Shown here: piece by piece, positions 20,923 to 32,319 of the stretch
Layout of the letters: each line of letters begins with the position of its first letter
Numbering within the stretch: the stretch's first letter is position 1
NCBI GenBank assembly: GCA_963772455.1
Contig: CAVYXJ010000012.1
Location: 96,001-160,000 of the forward strand
Length of the DNA: 64,000 nt
Source: Candidatus Bathyarchaeota archaeon
Lineage (GTDB): Archaea; Thermoproteota; Bathyarchaeia; Bathyarchaeales; Bathycorpusculaceae
Reading direction: 5' to 3'
Translations under genes and position numbers: made by a program
The notes under the pieces: generated by a model
The model's database searches: none
What the model was told of the DNA's origin: nothing
What the model saw: only the letters and a program-made list of their open reading frames with translations

Positions 20923-21489
20923 ATGAGTCAATCAACAATTGAAAATAAGAATTTAGATATCGCAACATTAGCCGGTGGCTGTTTCTGGTGTACCGAAGCG
21001 GCATTTAGCATCATAAAGGGTGTTGAAAGAATAGAACCTGGATACACAGGCGGCAATATTGATAACCCAACATATGAGCAAGTTTCAACAGGAACAACCG
21101 GTCATGCAGAGGCTGCACAAATTTTCTTTGATCCTAAAGTGATTAGTTACCGTGAGATTTTGGAGATATTCTTCACCATGCATGACCCCACAACGCTCAA
21201 TCGCCAAGGAGCAGACATTGGAACACAATACCGCTCAGCCATCTTTTATAGCACCCCAGAACAAAGAACCACTGCAGAAAAACTAATTGAAGAATTTACC
21301 AAGGAAGAAATCTGGAACAAACCAATCGTAACAAAAGTTGAACCCCTAAAAGTGTTCTATAACGCAGAAACTTATCACAAAGATTACTTCAAAAAACACC
21401 CAAAAGAACCCTATTGCCAGGCTGTTATTGCCCCGAAAATCGCGAAGATACAAGCTCATTTTATCGATAAAATAAAGGTTCCTTTATGA
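20923..21489 (+). CDS. msrA: Peptide-methionine (S)-S-oxide reductase
   Basis: GGCFWC, HDPTTLNRQG.D.GTQYRS, AE.YH. Confidence 0.96.
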   Translation: MSQSTIENKNLDIATLAGGCFWCTEAAFSIIKGVERIEPGYTGGNIDNPTYEQVSTGTTGHAEAAQIFFDPKVISYREILEIFFTMHDPTTLNRQGADIGTQYRSAIFYSTPEQRTTAEKLIEEFTKEEIWNKPIVTKVEPLKVFYNAETYHKDYFKKHPKEPYCQAVIAPKIAKIQAHFIDKIKVPL

Positions 21490-22056
21490 CAACCCAAACT
21501 GGAATAAGCAGTGCAGATAAGGTTTTGAGGGCGATTGAAGCGGCTTCTGAGAAGAATTTTCTGCCAATCATAGGACCACACAAGGGCAAGTTTTTGGAGG
21601 AGGAAATTCGGAAAGCCAAACCCAAACACGTGTTAGAAGTAGGCACATTGATTGGTTACTCAACGATTCTCATGGGCAAAGAAATGGAAAAAAAATCTGA
21701 GATTATAACCATTGAAATCCACCGTGATGAAGCAGAGTTAGCAGGAAAAAACATCGTTCAAGCAAATATTCCGCCAAATGTCAAGATTGTCACAGGTGAC
21801 GCTTTAGAAGTGATTCCCACTTTGGAGGGGACAGTTTGATTTTGCATTCATCGATGCCGAGAAAAATGAATATTTCCAATACCTTAAGTTAGTTGAGGAT
21901 AAACTTCAGAGTGGCTCAGTTGTTTTTGCGGATAACGCGGGAGTTTTTGCAGATCAGATGGGTGACTACTTGGAGTATGTTCGCAACTCTGGCAAATACA
22001 GTAGCCGTTACATTCAAGTTGGCGGAGACGGAGTAGAAATAAGCATTAAAATATAG
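21486..22056 (+). CDS. O-methyltransferase (frameshift in G run near 21828)
   Basis: LEVGTLIGYS; continues in another frame as FDFAFIDAEK...VFADN to TAG 22056. Confidence 0.85.
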
Positions 22057-22111
22057 TCTGTCCTATTAGAGAATTGTTAAATGCATATAAAAGAGAAATT
22101 ACAATATATAC

Positions 22112-22456
22112 ATGGTGAATCTTTTGGTTTTAGCCAGAATGAGTGTTTGGCATTTTAAGGAAGGCAAAAGCGAAAAAGGTTTTTCTGAACTAGATTTGTT
22201 ACTAAATACTTTGGCACATCAAACTGAGGGTTTTCGCGGCGCCATTTCATTGCTCGATGTAGACGACCCAAACGAGGTAACAATCCTAACTTTATGGATA
22301 GATGAAGAGGCGTTACAAAAATCTGAAAAAGGTGTTTTTGCTCAAGCTATAAAAAGAGTCGAAGATTCAATTGAAAGCCCTCCAAAAATTAAGAATTACC
22401 GAGTATTTTCAACAGAACTATTTCAACGTTCACAGTGGCCGTTTCGTTGGGCTTAA
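22112..22456 (+). CDS. Antibiotic-biosynthesis-monooxygenase-like (dimeric alpha/beta barrel) protein
   Basis: EGFRG...L.....TLW..EEA pattern. Confidence 0.7.
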   Translation: MVNLLVLARMSVWHFKEGKSEKGFSELDLLLNTLAHQTEGFRGAISLLDVDDPNEVTILTLWIDEEALQKSEKGVFAQAIKRVEDSIESPPKIKNYRVFSTELFQRSQWPFRWA

Positions 22457-22846
22457 CAATTCAAGCTAAGACTGATAAAAAAAACGATTCCTGTAAAAAG
22501 GCAAATAAATCAACTTTGTAATTTTTTTTCTTTTTAACCCAAAGTTTTAATGACTGATGGGCTGTGTCTTGTTCTGGGTGGGCGATGACGACTCTGGCCC
22601 CGAAGACGTAAGGATGATGAGGATCTTGAGTGTGGATAAGCATTTATGATAACTTTAAAAGTTGCATAAGAAGAGCTTACAAGAGCCCACCTACTGAAAG
22701 ACCAAAAGAATAAACTCTTAGTCTTTCCAAGCAGTTTTGGGGTTAAGACTAATTGGGGCTAATTGGGAAACTCTTTTTTTGATTTAGATTTAAAAAGAAA
22801 AACAAAACAAACGTTTGGACAATTCTCTTTCTGCCTAAATGGACGG

Positions 22847-23041
22847 TCATTTTGGTATTTCCTCCTTAACCTCTATCTTAACTGTCAACGGCTTGACCTC
22901 GTAAAGCTCATATTTCTCGAAGTCCTTTGAACCGTTGTTCAGCCAATCTTCAAGGTCCTTCCGCTGCTTGAACCGGCGTAATATAGTTTCCGAATCGCTT
23001 TCCTCAATCGCTAAAAACTTTGTATCCTTGTTATCTTTCAC
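22847..23041 (-). CDS. Small hypothetical protein
   Basis: 64-aa ORF with SD-like AGGGTG. Confidence 0.55.
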   Translation of the reverse strand: MKDNKDTKFLAIEESDSETILRRFKQRKDLEDWLNNGSKDFEKYELYEVKPLTVKIEVKEEIPK

Positions 23042-23417
23042 CCTACTTCACCACCTTGTTTCTGAGAACACGCTCAACGCTCTACCTTCAAATATTAAAT
23101 ATTATAGGATTTAAAACTTATCTTAGCCCTTGCTCGGAGCCTCCACTTTCTGTTTGGTTTTTTTTTCAAGATCGAATTGTCTTTTTTTCCTTTAATCATG
23201 CTAATCCCTTACTCCATAATCGTTTTTCCAGTTCAACAAGGCGAGCTAGCAAGGTTTCGATTTCAAGTCTAGAAACGTTTTCCAGTTGGGCATGAGCTCT
23301 TTACTTGATTGCGTTTCATTCATTTGATTTTCAGGTGAATGCCTAAGAGCCAACCTTAAGATTGCGACTACAAGTGAAGAAATAATTAAAATTTGATTTT
23401 TGAAATAAAAAAATAAA

Positions 23418-23915
23418 TTAAGTAATTTTTTCTACAACTTTTTGTATATCTTCATAACTCGGCGCTGTATTTGAATTATTTGAAATCCATTTGTAACGCA
23501 CAACACCTTTTCCATCAAGAATGAAGATAGAACGTTTTACAATCGGGTAACAACCCGTTCCAAAGCAACATTCATTATCATCGCAAGGTGAGAATTGCAA
23601 TCCATATTTTTCAAATGCTTCGTGGTTTTTATCGCTTAGAACGGGGAATGGTAGCCTATTTTTTTCGGCAAAACGTTTACTGGTGAAGGGTGCAGTCAGA
23701 TCTATTCCAATTACTTGTGCCTTTAAATCAACCATTCGAGACATTGAATCTCGAAACTCACAAACCTCTTTAGTGCACGTCATTGTGAAGGCGCCAACAA
23801 AGAAAGCTAATACTACTTTTTTACCCAGAAAATCCTTTAGGCTTATTTGGTTCATGTGTTCATCTGGGAGAGTGAAATCCGGTGCTTGGTCTCCAACTTT
23901 TATTTCGGGTGACAT
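23418..23915 (-). CDS. Peroxiredoxin (AhpC/TSA, BCP-like)
   Basis: [28 protein letters not shown]. Confidence 0.9.
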   Translation of the reverse strand: MSPEIKVGDQAPDFTLPDEHMNQISLKDFLGKKVVLAFFVGAFTMTCTKEVCEFRDSMSRMVDLKAQVIGIDLTAPFTSKRFAEKNRLPFPVLSDKNHEAFEKYGLQFSPCDDNECCFGTGCYPIVKRSIFILDGKGVVRYKWISNNSNTAPSYEDIQKVVEKIT

Positions 23916-24041
23916 AAAAACTAGTCCTTGATTAAAAATAAGAAAGCGCTTGTATAAATGGCTAATGCATTTTACATATGAAAAGAGAAAAAAGATTTAG
24001 CTTATGGTTATTTTTTCTTTAAAATAAGACAATGAAAAAAA

Positions 24042-24620
24042 TTATTTGTCTTCTGGCTTCTTTTCCCATAGCTCTAGCTTTTGCTTCTTTAGTTCTGTGC
24101 GTTTCTTCTGTAGGTAATTGTAAACTGTGTGATGTTGGCAGCCTTCAATAACCATTTGAACAGCGTTACGTGCGGCATCTGCTTCTTCAAAACTGCCGAT
24201 AATACCTATTGTATGACCGTAAACAACTACATCGGCTTCGGTTAGTTCTTCAATAAGCTTTCGAGTTTTACCTTCGGTTCCTATTATTCGCCCTTTCACA
24301 CGTATTATATCGGATTCGGAGCGCCCAAAAATCAAACGTAAATCTATCATGTCAAAAATATCGTCTTCGTTGCGGAGTAAGCGAAAAGCTGTTTCAGGAG
24401 TGAATCCTCGCCCGATGGCGGTCACTATATCTTTTGCTCGTAGAAAAACTGATGGATCAGGTATATTTTCCGGAAGTTTTATGCAGACACTGCCTTCTTT
24501 ATCAATATCTAGCTTAACGTTTAGTTTTGTTTCTATTTCCTGTTTAACTTTACCTTCAGGACCAATTAGTATGCCCACGCGTTCTTTTGGAATCTTAACA
24601 AAAGTCTCTTGACCTGACAT
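24042..24620 (-). CDS. KH-domain pre-rRNA processing protein (Dim2/Pno1-like)
   Basis: RVGILIG..G, AIGRGF, RIIG.EGKTR; next to RIO1. Confidence 0.92.
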   Translation of the reverse strand: MSGQETFVKIPKERVGILIGPEGKVKQEIETKLNVKLDIDKEGSVCIKLPENIPDPSVFLRAKDIVTAIGRGFTPETAFRLLRNEDDIFDMIDLRLIFGRSESDIIRVKGRIIGTEGKTRKLIEELTEADVVVYGHTIGIIGSFEEADAARNAVQMVIEGCQHHTVYNYLQKKRTELKKQKLELWEKKPEDK

Positions 24621-25405
24621 TATTTAGCAACAACCATTTTGTATAATTCTTCGTCTGAAAATACTTCAACGCCTAACCGACTAAAGAACCTATTCACGTT
24701 TGCAATATCACGTTTTATCATAAAATCTGCAAGTGGATGCTGAATTGATACAGATTGGGAAACATCAAAGACAACTGGTCGTCCTTTCCACATCATTATG
24801 TTGTATTCGCTCAAGTCACCGTGAACAATTTTGGCTTTTTGATAGAGGCGTTTCAGATATGTTACTATGATTTTGTAGACTTTTTCGGGGTTAGCTGGGT
24901 TTTGTTCTTTGAGTGAGGGTGCGCTAACGCCTTTTTTGCCAATGAACTCCATAATTACAACGTTGCTTTTAACAGCTATTGGTTTTGGAACCCGCACTTT
25001 TGCTGCGTCAGCTTCTCCTAAATTACGAAACTCTTTTTGTGCCCAAACAGCTATCAAAGAACGTGTATCGTGTTTAACATCTTTGAAGCGTGGATCACCT
25101 TCAATGTATTTGTGCATGCCACGTTTGAATTCAGCTGAAGAAGTTAAGTAAATCTTCACTGCCAAATCAACACCCTCTTTAGTTGTACCCCAATAAACCC
25201 GCGCTTCCTTTCCTGAACTCACAACACCATTGAGTTCATAGAGTTTACCACTATTCATTAAATCAAAAACAATCATGCGCGTGGCTTGGTCAAAAACCTC
25301 TTCTACTGTAGCACGTTCTTTGGATTTGTCGTGATTTAGCATTTTGTCTCTTCGTTCGATTCTTCTTTCGGTGTGAGCTATTCGCTCTTGAGTTTTTCCA
25401 GACAT
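24620..25405 (-). CDS. rio1: RIO1 serine kinase
   Basis: SGKEA.VY, AVKIY, WA.KEFRNL, HGDLSEYN. Confidence 0.95.
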   Translation of the reverse strand: MSGKTQERIAHTERRIERRDKMLNHDKSKERATVEEVFDQATRMIVFDLMNSGKLYELNGVVSSGKEARVYWGTTKEGVDLAVKIYLTSSAEFKRGMHKYIEGDPRFKDVKHDTRSLIAVWAQKEFRNLGEADAAKVRVPKPIAVKSNVVIMEFIGKKGVSAPSLKEQNPANPEKVYKIIVTYLKRLYQKAKIVHGDLSEYNIMMWKGRPVVFDVSQSVSIQHPLADFMIKRDIANVNRFFSRLGVEVFSDEELYKMVVAK

Positions 25406-25480
25406 AATATCAACGATATTAACGGCTTTATGGTATTAAAACAAGTCGAATCAATAGAAAAAAAAGAAATGTTAAAAAAA

Positions 25481-25786
25481 TTAAAGGGTTAAAATGCCTT
25501 TACGTCTAAGGGTATCTGCTTGCGAATGCGTATAACGCCAAACAACATCGCCGCGTTCGGCCGTTTGGAAATCCCAAGGTGAAACAATTACTATGTCCCC
25601 TTCACGAATCCAAACACGACGTTTCATTTTGCCACGGATTCTGCATAAACGTTCAGCGCCATCTTGGCATTTAACAAGAATACGGTCGAAACCAAGCAAT
25701 TTAATTACTACGCCTAAAACTTCGCCTTGTCCAGGATAAACTAATTCGCCAATTGCGCCTTCGCTTAACACTTTTTTCTTTCCCAA
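25481..25786 (-). CDS. eif1a: Translation initiation factor aIF-1A
   Basis: CRIRGKMKRRVWIREGD.VIVSPWDFQ. Confidence 0.96.
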   Translation of the reverse strand: MGKKKVLSEGAIGELVYPGQGEVLGVVIKLLGFDRILVKCQDGAERLCRIRGKMKRRVWIREGDIVIVSPWDFQTAERGDVVWRYTHSQADTLRRKGILTL

Positions 25787-25962
25787 ACACTAAACCTCAT
25801 TTTCGACTTGAAAAAAATATGTACAGGTTGCTTAAAAGCCTGTTCATCGAACAAGAAAACTTCAACACACAAAAAAAACAAAATGTTGCATCGCCACAAA
25901 TTTCTTGTGATGTAAGTTTAAATCTCTACTCTAAATATTACTCAATATTGGAGCATCACCAA

Positions 25963-26775
25963 GTGTCCTATATCTTTAACATACCTTACCGCAGCAATCC
26001 AAAACTTAAAGCAGTAATGGAAAAAGTAAAAGATGACAAAAAACTAAAAACATACTGGCGATGCGCCAATGTTATGGCGATAGAACGAATGGGCTACACA
26101 GACCATGGACCTACCCACGTTAAAATCGTTGCCAATCTCTCACTCAAACTTCTGCGAATTCTGGTCGAAAAAAAATTCATAGTACCAAGCATAGTGGAAA
26201 ATTATGATATGAAAAACGAAGACGCCGAAGTTGTAGTGGTTTTAGGTTCAATTTTCCATGATCTAGGTATGATAGTCCAGAGAAATAACCATGAAAAATA
26301 CAGCGCATTCCTCGCTTTAGAATTCTTCGAGAAATTCCTAACGCCGACTTACAGTGAAGAAGAAAAAGCGATTATCACCTCAGAAGTCCTTCACGCTATA
26401 GTTACGCATGAAGAGCCTACGAATCACGAACCAACATGCAAAATTTTAACCAAAGAAGCCGGTATCGTAGGAATCGCAGACGCCTTAGACATGGAATCAG
26501 GAAGAGCACGAATTCCTTTCCAATCTGGAAAAGTAGACATTCATGCTGTTTCCGCTTTATCAATAGAAAAAGTTGACATTGAACTTGCAGAAGGCGGCGT
26601 TGGAGTTAAACCTATCAACATAAAAATTAAAATGTCAAATTCCGCTGGTGTTTTCCAAATCGATGAGCTTTTAAAACCAAGGATCGTTAACTCTGGACTT
26701 GAACAGTTTTTCCATGTTATAGCGGAAATTACAGGTGAAAAAGAAAACAAAATAATTGATAAATTCGAAATATAA
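25963..26775 (+). CDS. HD-domain phosphohydrolase
   Basis: DHGPTH, FHDLG, ADALDM; start moved to the in-frame GTG to avoid overlap with aIF-1A. Confidence 0.88.
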   Translation: MSYIFNIPYRSNPKLKAVMEKVKDDKKLKTYWRCANVMAIERMGYTDHGPTHVKIVANLSLKLLRILVEKKFIVPSIVENYDMKNEDAEVVVVLGSIFHDLGMIVQRNNHEKYSAFLALEFFEKFLTPTYSEEEKAIITSEVLHAIVTHEEPTNHEPTCKILTKEAGIVGIADALDMESGRARIPFQSGKVDIHAVSALSIEKVDIELAEGGVGVKPINIKIKMSNSAGVFQIDELLKPRIVNSGLEQFFHVIAEITGEKENKIIDKFEI

Positions 26776-26798
26776 GTCACTTATTTTGAGGGCAGTAC

Positions 26799-28524
26799 AT
26801 GATTCATGAATATGATGTTATAGTTATCGGAGGCGGAATTGCTGGGTTATACGCTGCATTGACTGCCTGCAGAAAGCGTCAAAGTCGCTGTGATCAGCAA
26901 AGTGCACGTGACACGTTCACATTCTGTTGCCGCCCAAGGCGGTATCGCTGCATGCCTTGGAAACGAGGAAGAAGATCATTGGGAATGGCATATGTACGAC
27001 ACTGTTAAAGGCAGCGACTACCTCGCCGACCAGAACGCAGTGGAGGTTTTAGCCAAAGAAGCCCCCAACGCTATCTACCAACTCGAACATATGGGAGTTC
27101 CATTCAGCAGAAATGAACAAGGAAAAATTGAACAACGACGATTCGGAGGACATACTAGAAACTTTGGCCAAGCACCAATCAAACGTGCCTGTTACTCCTC
27201 AGACCGCACTGGACGAGCAATCATGGACACACTCTACGATCGCTGTCTTCAAAAGGGAGTTAAATTTCATAATGAAATATTCATTCAACATTTGCTTTTC
27301 GCATTAAACAACTGCTGCGGAGCCACTGGATACGACTTAGCCACAAGCACACCTCAGGTTTTTCATTCGAAAGCTGTAGTTTTGGCAACCGGCGGAAGCG
27401 GCAAAATTTACAAAACCTCAAGCAACGGTTTTGCCTCAACGGGCGATGGGTTCGCTTTGGCACTTGATGCGCTTTTACCTTTAGAGGATATGGAGTTTGT
27501 CCAATTTCACCCAACAGGCATTTACGGTCTTGGAATTCTTATAAGCGAAGCTGCAAGAGCTGAAGGCGGCGTTTTGCGAAACGGTTTAGGCGAACGCTTT
27601 ATGGAACGTTATGCTCCTACTTTGAAAGATTTAGCGCCAAGAGATATTGTTTCAAGGGCAATCCTTAAAGAAATAAGCGAGGGAAGGGGTGTTGACGGCA
27701 AAGATCACGTTTACTTGGATCTGCGCGAGATTGGAAAGGAACGTTTGAACCAAAAACTCCCTGAAATCACCTCATTTATTAAAACTTACCTTGGAATTGA
27801 TCCAAACGAAAAGCAAATTCCTGTTGCTCCGACTTGCCACTATATTATGGGGGGTATCCCAACAGACATTGATGGACATGTCTTAGCAGATAAGGCGGGT
27901 AGCATTTTGCCCGGATTGTATGCAGCGGGAGAATGTGCTTGCGTTAGCGTTCACGGAGCTAACCGTCTTGGCTGCAACTCCCTAATTGACCTCGTTGTAT
28001 TTGGGAAAAGAACTGGATTAAGCATTTTAAAAGACATTAAAGTTCGAATTATTCAACCAATTCCATTACAAGCCGAAAAAGTTGTTGAGGAAAAAATCAA
28101 CAGTTTAATAGAATCCAAAGGTGGAGAATGCATCGCTATCTTAAGGGAAAACATGCAGCAGTTGATGACCGAACAATGTAGCGTCTATAGGAACGGACAA
28201 ACCCTTGAACTAACGCTATCAATGATTCGTCAATTAAAGAAACGCTTCCTAAATGTATGTTTAACTAACAAATCTAGAGTTTTTAATTACGAGTTGCAGG
28301 AAGCATTGGAACTAAATAATATGCTACGGATCGCAGAGGTTATCGTTTTTTCAGCACTTCAACGCAAGGAGAGCCGTGGAGCACACTTTCGAAGTGATTA
28401 CCCAGAACGAAACGATGAGGAATGGCTCAAACACACATTCGTAAACGAGTCACTTACTGGTTTGAAGGAAAGTTACAAACCTCTTGCTACAGGCAGGTTT
28501 GCGCTCGAACAAAGGAGGTACTAA
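26799..28524 (+). CDS. sdhA: Succinate dehydrogenase/fumarate reductase flavoprotein (frameshift near 26866)
   Basis: GGGIAG, RSHSVAAQGG, QFHPT, SVHGANRLG, ESRGAH. Confidence 0.93.
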
Positions 28525-28525
28525 C

Positions 28526-29242
28526 TTGAATGTAACTTTGAAAGTTTATCGGTTCAACCCAGAAATCGACAAAGAACCGCACTTTGATTCCTTTACGGTT
28601 GAATCTGAACCCAACGAGCGAATACTCGATTGTCTAAATAAAATAAGGTGGTCAAAGGACAGCACTCTTGCGTTTCGAATGTCATGTGCACATGGAATCT
28701 GCGGTTCTGACGGTTTAACAATTAACCACCAATCTGCTTTGGCATGCCAGAAACTTGTCAAAGATTACGATTATACAAAAGAGATTGTGATTGAACCTCT
28801 CAAATATTTTAAAGTTGTCAAGGATTTAATTGTTGATTTGAATCCTTTTTTTGAAAATATCAAATCGATAAACCCTAAAGAAGTCTTAAATCCAACTATA
28901 GTTGAGCTAGAAAAGGAAAGAATCCAAACCATTGAAGAACGCAGTCGATTTGACGATGCCTTAAAATGTATTTTGTGCGGTTGTTGCTATGGGTCATGTC
29001 CAGTCTTAACCGAGCAAGACCAAGAGTTCATTGGACCTGCCGCTATACTAAGAGAGCAACGCTATGTATTTGATTCAAGAATAAAAGCAGTGAACGAACG
29101 TCTGCAAATTCTTAAGAAACCTCATGGCATATGGGGTTGTAAAAGCTATTACATGTGTACAGTTGTTTGTCCAAAGAACATTAAAGTCACTGAAGCAATA
29201 CTTAGAACTAAAAAGAAAATAATTAATGAATCATCAAAGTAG
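28526..29242 (+). CDS. sdhB: Succinate dehydrogenase/fumarate reductase Fe-S subunit
   Basis: SC..GICGSD, CILCGCC..SCP, C.....C...CP; GGAGG SD. Confidence 0.93.
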   Translation: MNVTLKVYRFNPEIDKEPHFDSFTVESEPNERILDCLNKIRWSKDSTLAFRMSCAHGICGSDGLTINHQSALACQKLVKDYDYTKEIVIEPLKYFKVVKDLIVDLNPFFENIKSINPKEVLNPTIVELEKERIQTIEERSRFDDALKCILCGCCYGSCPVLTEQDQEFIGPAAILREQRYVFDSRIKAVNERLQILKKPHGIWGCKSYYMCTVVCPKNIKVTEAILRTKKKIINESSK

Positions 29243-29262
29243 GGTAACAGGAGAGAAGACAG

Positions 29263-30649
29263 GTGGAAACTAGAAAAGAAATTGATCCATTAGGCGAGCG
29301 GACAATTCCAAAAGAAGCGTATTTTGGCATTCAAACCTTGAGGGCGACAGAGAATTTTCCAGTAAGCGGAATCAAAGCGCCAGTCCAATTTATCAAAGCC
29401 TATGTTCTTGTAAAGAAAGCTGCGGCTATGGCAAATTTTCAAGTCGGCTGGCTTGATTCAAAAATTGCAAATGCAATAACCGATGCATGTGACGAAATCC
29501 TCTCAGACAAACTCTTAGAACAATTCGTAGTTGATATTTTCCAAGCTGGCGCTGGAACCTCATTTAACATGAATGTTAACGAGGTATTAGCAAATCGGGC
29601 GCTTGAAATTCTTGGCAACCAAAAAGGAAATTACAAGATTATTAGCCCAAATGATCATGTAAATATGGGGCAATCTACCAACGACACTTTCCCAACGGCG
29701 CTCCATGTTTCCGTTCTTATGGCCCTGCAACCTTTGGAAACAGCACTTGATAACCTTGCAAAGGCTTTTGATGATTTGGGCATTAAAAATGCTCATGTTT
29801 TGAAGTCTGGTCGAACTCATTTGCAGGATGCAGTACCCGTTACGGTTGGACAAGAGTTTAGCGCTTATGGATCAGCTATCGCAAATGCATGTGCTGAACT
29901 GCGTAAAAGAGAGGAGAATCTCTACTCAGTTGCCTTAGGCGGCACCGCAACAGGTACAGGCGCTAACACTCATCCAGATTACAAGAAAATTGCAGTTGCA
30001 AAGCTAGGCTAAGCTTACAGGTTTCCCTCTAAAGCCTGCAAAAAACAATTTTGAAGCATTACAAAGCCACCGAGCTGCACAATCAGTTTCAAGTGGGCTT
30101 AAAGAGTTGGCATTGGAACTAATCCGCATTGCAAATGACCTGCGGCTACTTGCTTCAGGTCCGACAACTGGCTTAAACGAGATTACACTTCCACCAGTTC
30201 AACCTGGCTCATCGATTATGCCTGGAAAAGTGAACCCTGTTATGGCTGAATGCCTTGACATGGTAGCTTACCAAGTAGTCGGAAATGATTTAGCAACATC
30301 TATGGCTGTGCAGGCAGGACAATTAGAACTCAACGTTATGACACCTACAATAATGTATAATCTCCTCTTCTCAATTCAAATCCTCGCAAACTACATCCCA
30401 ACCTTCACAAAAAAATGCGTTCAAGGTATAACTGTCAATGAGAATAAATGTGAACAATACCTTGAAAAAAATCCTTCTTTAGCCACACTATTAGCACCAA
30501 AAATAGGGTACCTGGAGGCTGCAAAAATAGCAAAGCAAGCACAGGCAGAAAACCGCTCTGTGAAAGAAATTGTACTTGAAAAAAAACTGTTAAAACCAGA
30601 GGAAATCGAAAGGATTTTCAACCGAAAGAATCTTCTAAACGAACAATAA
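29263..30649 (+). CDS. Class II fumarate hydratase / aspartate ammonia-lyase (frameshift near 30007)
   Basis: QTLRA.ENF, GRTHLQDA, GSSIMPGKVNP; the two ORFs join on removal of one G. Confidence 0.9.
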
Positions 30650-30698
30650 AGAAAATTCTCTTGAGAAGACTTCCCTATCTCATATTTCTACCCAAATT

Positions 30699-32057
30699 TT
30701 ATCCTGCAGTGCCATAACCACTAATGTTGATTGTTGCATCTGTTGAGCTTGAACTTGATTTAGCATCAGCCAGAATAGCCCAAATTATGCTCTGCGAAGG
30801 ATAGAGATTCATCATTTCTTCATCAGAAAGCCAAACCGAGCCACTCGTGGTGAAGGTTCGAACTGCTGAACTTGAGATTGCATTGTCGATATATTCTAAA
30901 CGAATTCTAACAGTAACTGTCTCGTCTTGGGATAAGCTCCCATCCACCGTAATCTGGGGTTTAAATGAAAAAATTTTAAGCGAACTTGCCCTGATACTCA
31001 CAGTCTCGCCATATTGATTGTTTAAACCCAAAGGAACGTTGACGTTTTGCCTTTGAAAAACCCCACCATCACCTACAATCCATTCACCAAATGGATTATG
31101 AATGCGAGCTGTCCAATTACCTAAGAAACTAACCCCACTATCAATAGTTGGCGATGAAGTACAGTTGTTGCCAAGGTCAATTCCAAAAAGGTATACTGGG
31201 TTAGGAGTGAAAGATTCGAAAACAACTCCAAAAAGAAGGGTTTGATCCATAGAACCATTTAATAAAATTGCAGTTTGATTTGCTCTGCTATAATCATTTT
31301 TCCCAAGCCAGAACCTAACATTCTGAATTTGACTATCAGAAAACTCCGCCAAAGGTTCAACGTTTATGCCCACTGAGAAATCTCTAAGATTAAAAGAGCA
31401 ACGATTGATTTGTGAGCTAGAATAGGAACCTGTACCGTTGCCAACTGGGGTCCGAAAAGCTATTCCTTCAGTGGCGTTGTTAAATTGACAATTTTCGATT
31501 TTGTTGTATTCACTCCAAGTGTTCGTGTTTGCTAACTCAATACCTATAGAGGTGTTTTCAAAAATGCTGTTTTGGATAGTTGTTCCAAACGAATTTTCAA
31601 CTCGAATGGTTGCATTTAACAAAGTCAAGCCCGAGATCAACGAATTTTTCGAAGTTGAATAGTCATCACCGTAGATAATTATTTTGTGTCCATTACCAAT
31701 GATTGTTGCGTCGTCACTAACGATTTTGGCATTCACCTTGTTTGAAATTACTATGTCATCTGTTAAAACGTAGGTTCCATTATTGAGATAAACTGATTTG
31801 CCAGACATTAAAGCGGAATTAATTGCAGAAGAAGCGCTTCCTTGCAATTCTGAAATGTAGCCAGTAAACATATTTTTTAATTTGTAGTTGTCTCCGTCTT
31901 GAGATAGAACATAATCATAATTTACCGCGTTGGAAGCCAATGAAGAACGAGTGTTTTCAAAAATCAAATAAGTGTTAAATGCGGTCAACAACATCAAAGC
32001 TGCAAGAATTACTATTATGAAACGTATAGAAACGAGTTTTTTCAGGGAAGCTTCCAT
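30699..32057 (-). CDS. Membrane-anchored right-handed beta-helix (pectin lyase-like) protein
   Basis: N-terminal TM helix, AINSAL..G..VYL..GTY, repeated I.N..F.N....GI units. Confidence 0.7.
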   Translation of the reverse strand: MEASLKKLVSIRFIIVILAALMLLTAFNTYLIFENTRSSLASNAVNYDYVLSQDGDNYKLKNMFTGYISELQGSASSAINSALMSGKSVYLNNGTYVLTDDIVISNKVNAKIVSDDATIIGNGHKIIIYGDDYSTSKNSLISGLTLLNATIRVENSFGTTIQNSIFENTSIGIELANTNTWSEYNKIENCQFNNATEGIAFRTPVGNGTGSYSSSQINRCSFNLRDFSVGINVEPLAEFSDSQIQNVRFWLGKNDYSRANQTAILLNGSMDQTLLFGVVFESFTPNPVYLFGIDLGNNCTSSPTIDSGVSFLGNWTARIHNPFGEWIVGDGGVFQRQNVNVPLGLNNQYGETVSIRASSLKIFSFKPQITVDGSLSQDETVTVRIRLEYIDNAISSSAVRTFTTSGSVWLSDEEMMNLYPSQSIIWAILADAKSSSSSTDATINISGYGTAG

Positions 32058-32319
32058 TTTGAAGGATCAACAGGTAGAAGTACCATGTAAGATGCATTAT
32101 TATTTAATTTTATTGATAATCACTAACTTCTTTGTTAAAAGATACGTCAGCTTTTTCGTGGAATCAATAGAATTGTAAAAATTAAACAAGGAAAAAAATT
32201 CCGTTTACAAGTGAATGACGAAAATTCTTCGTTCTGGACTTAAAGAAACCAACATCGTCATTATTCATAACAATTTTAGCCTAACTCAAATTATTTAAGC
32301 ATATTTGAAAAATAGCATT

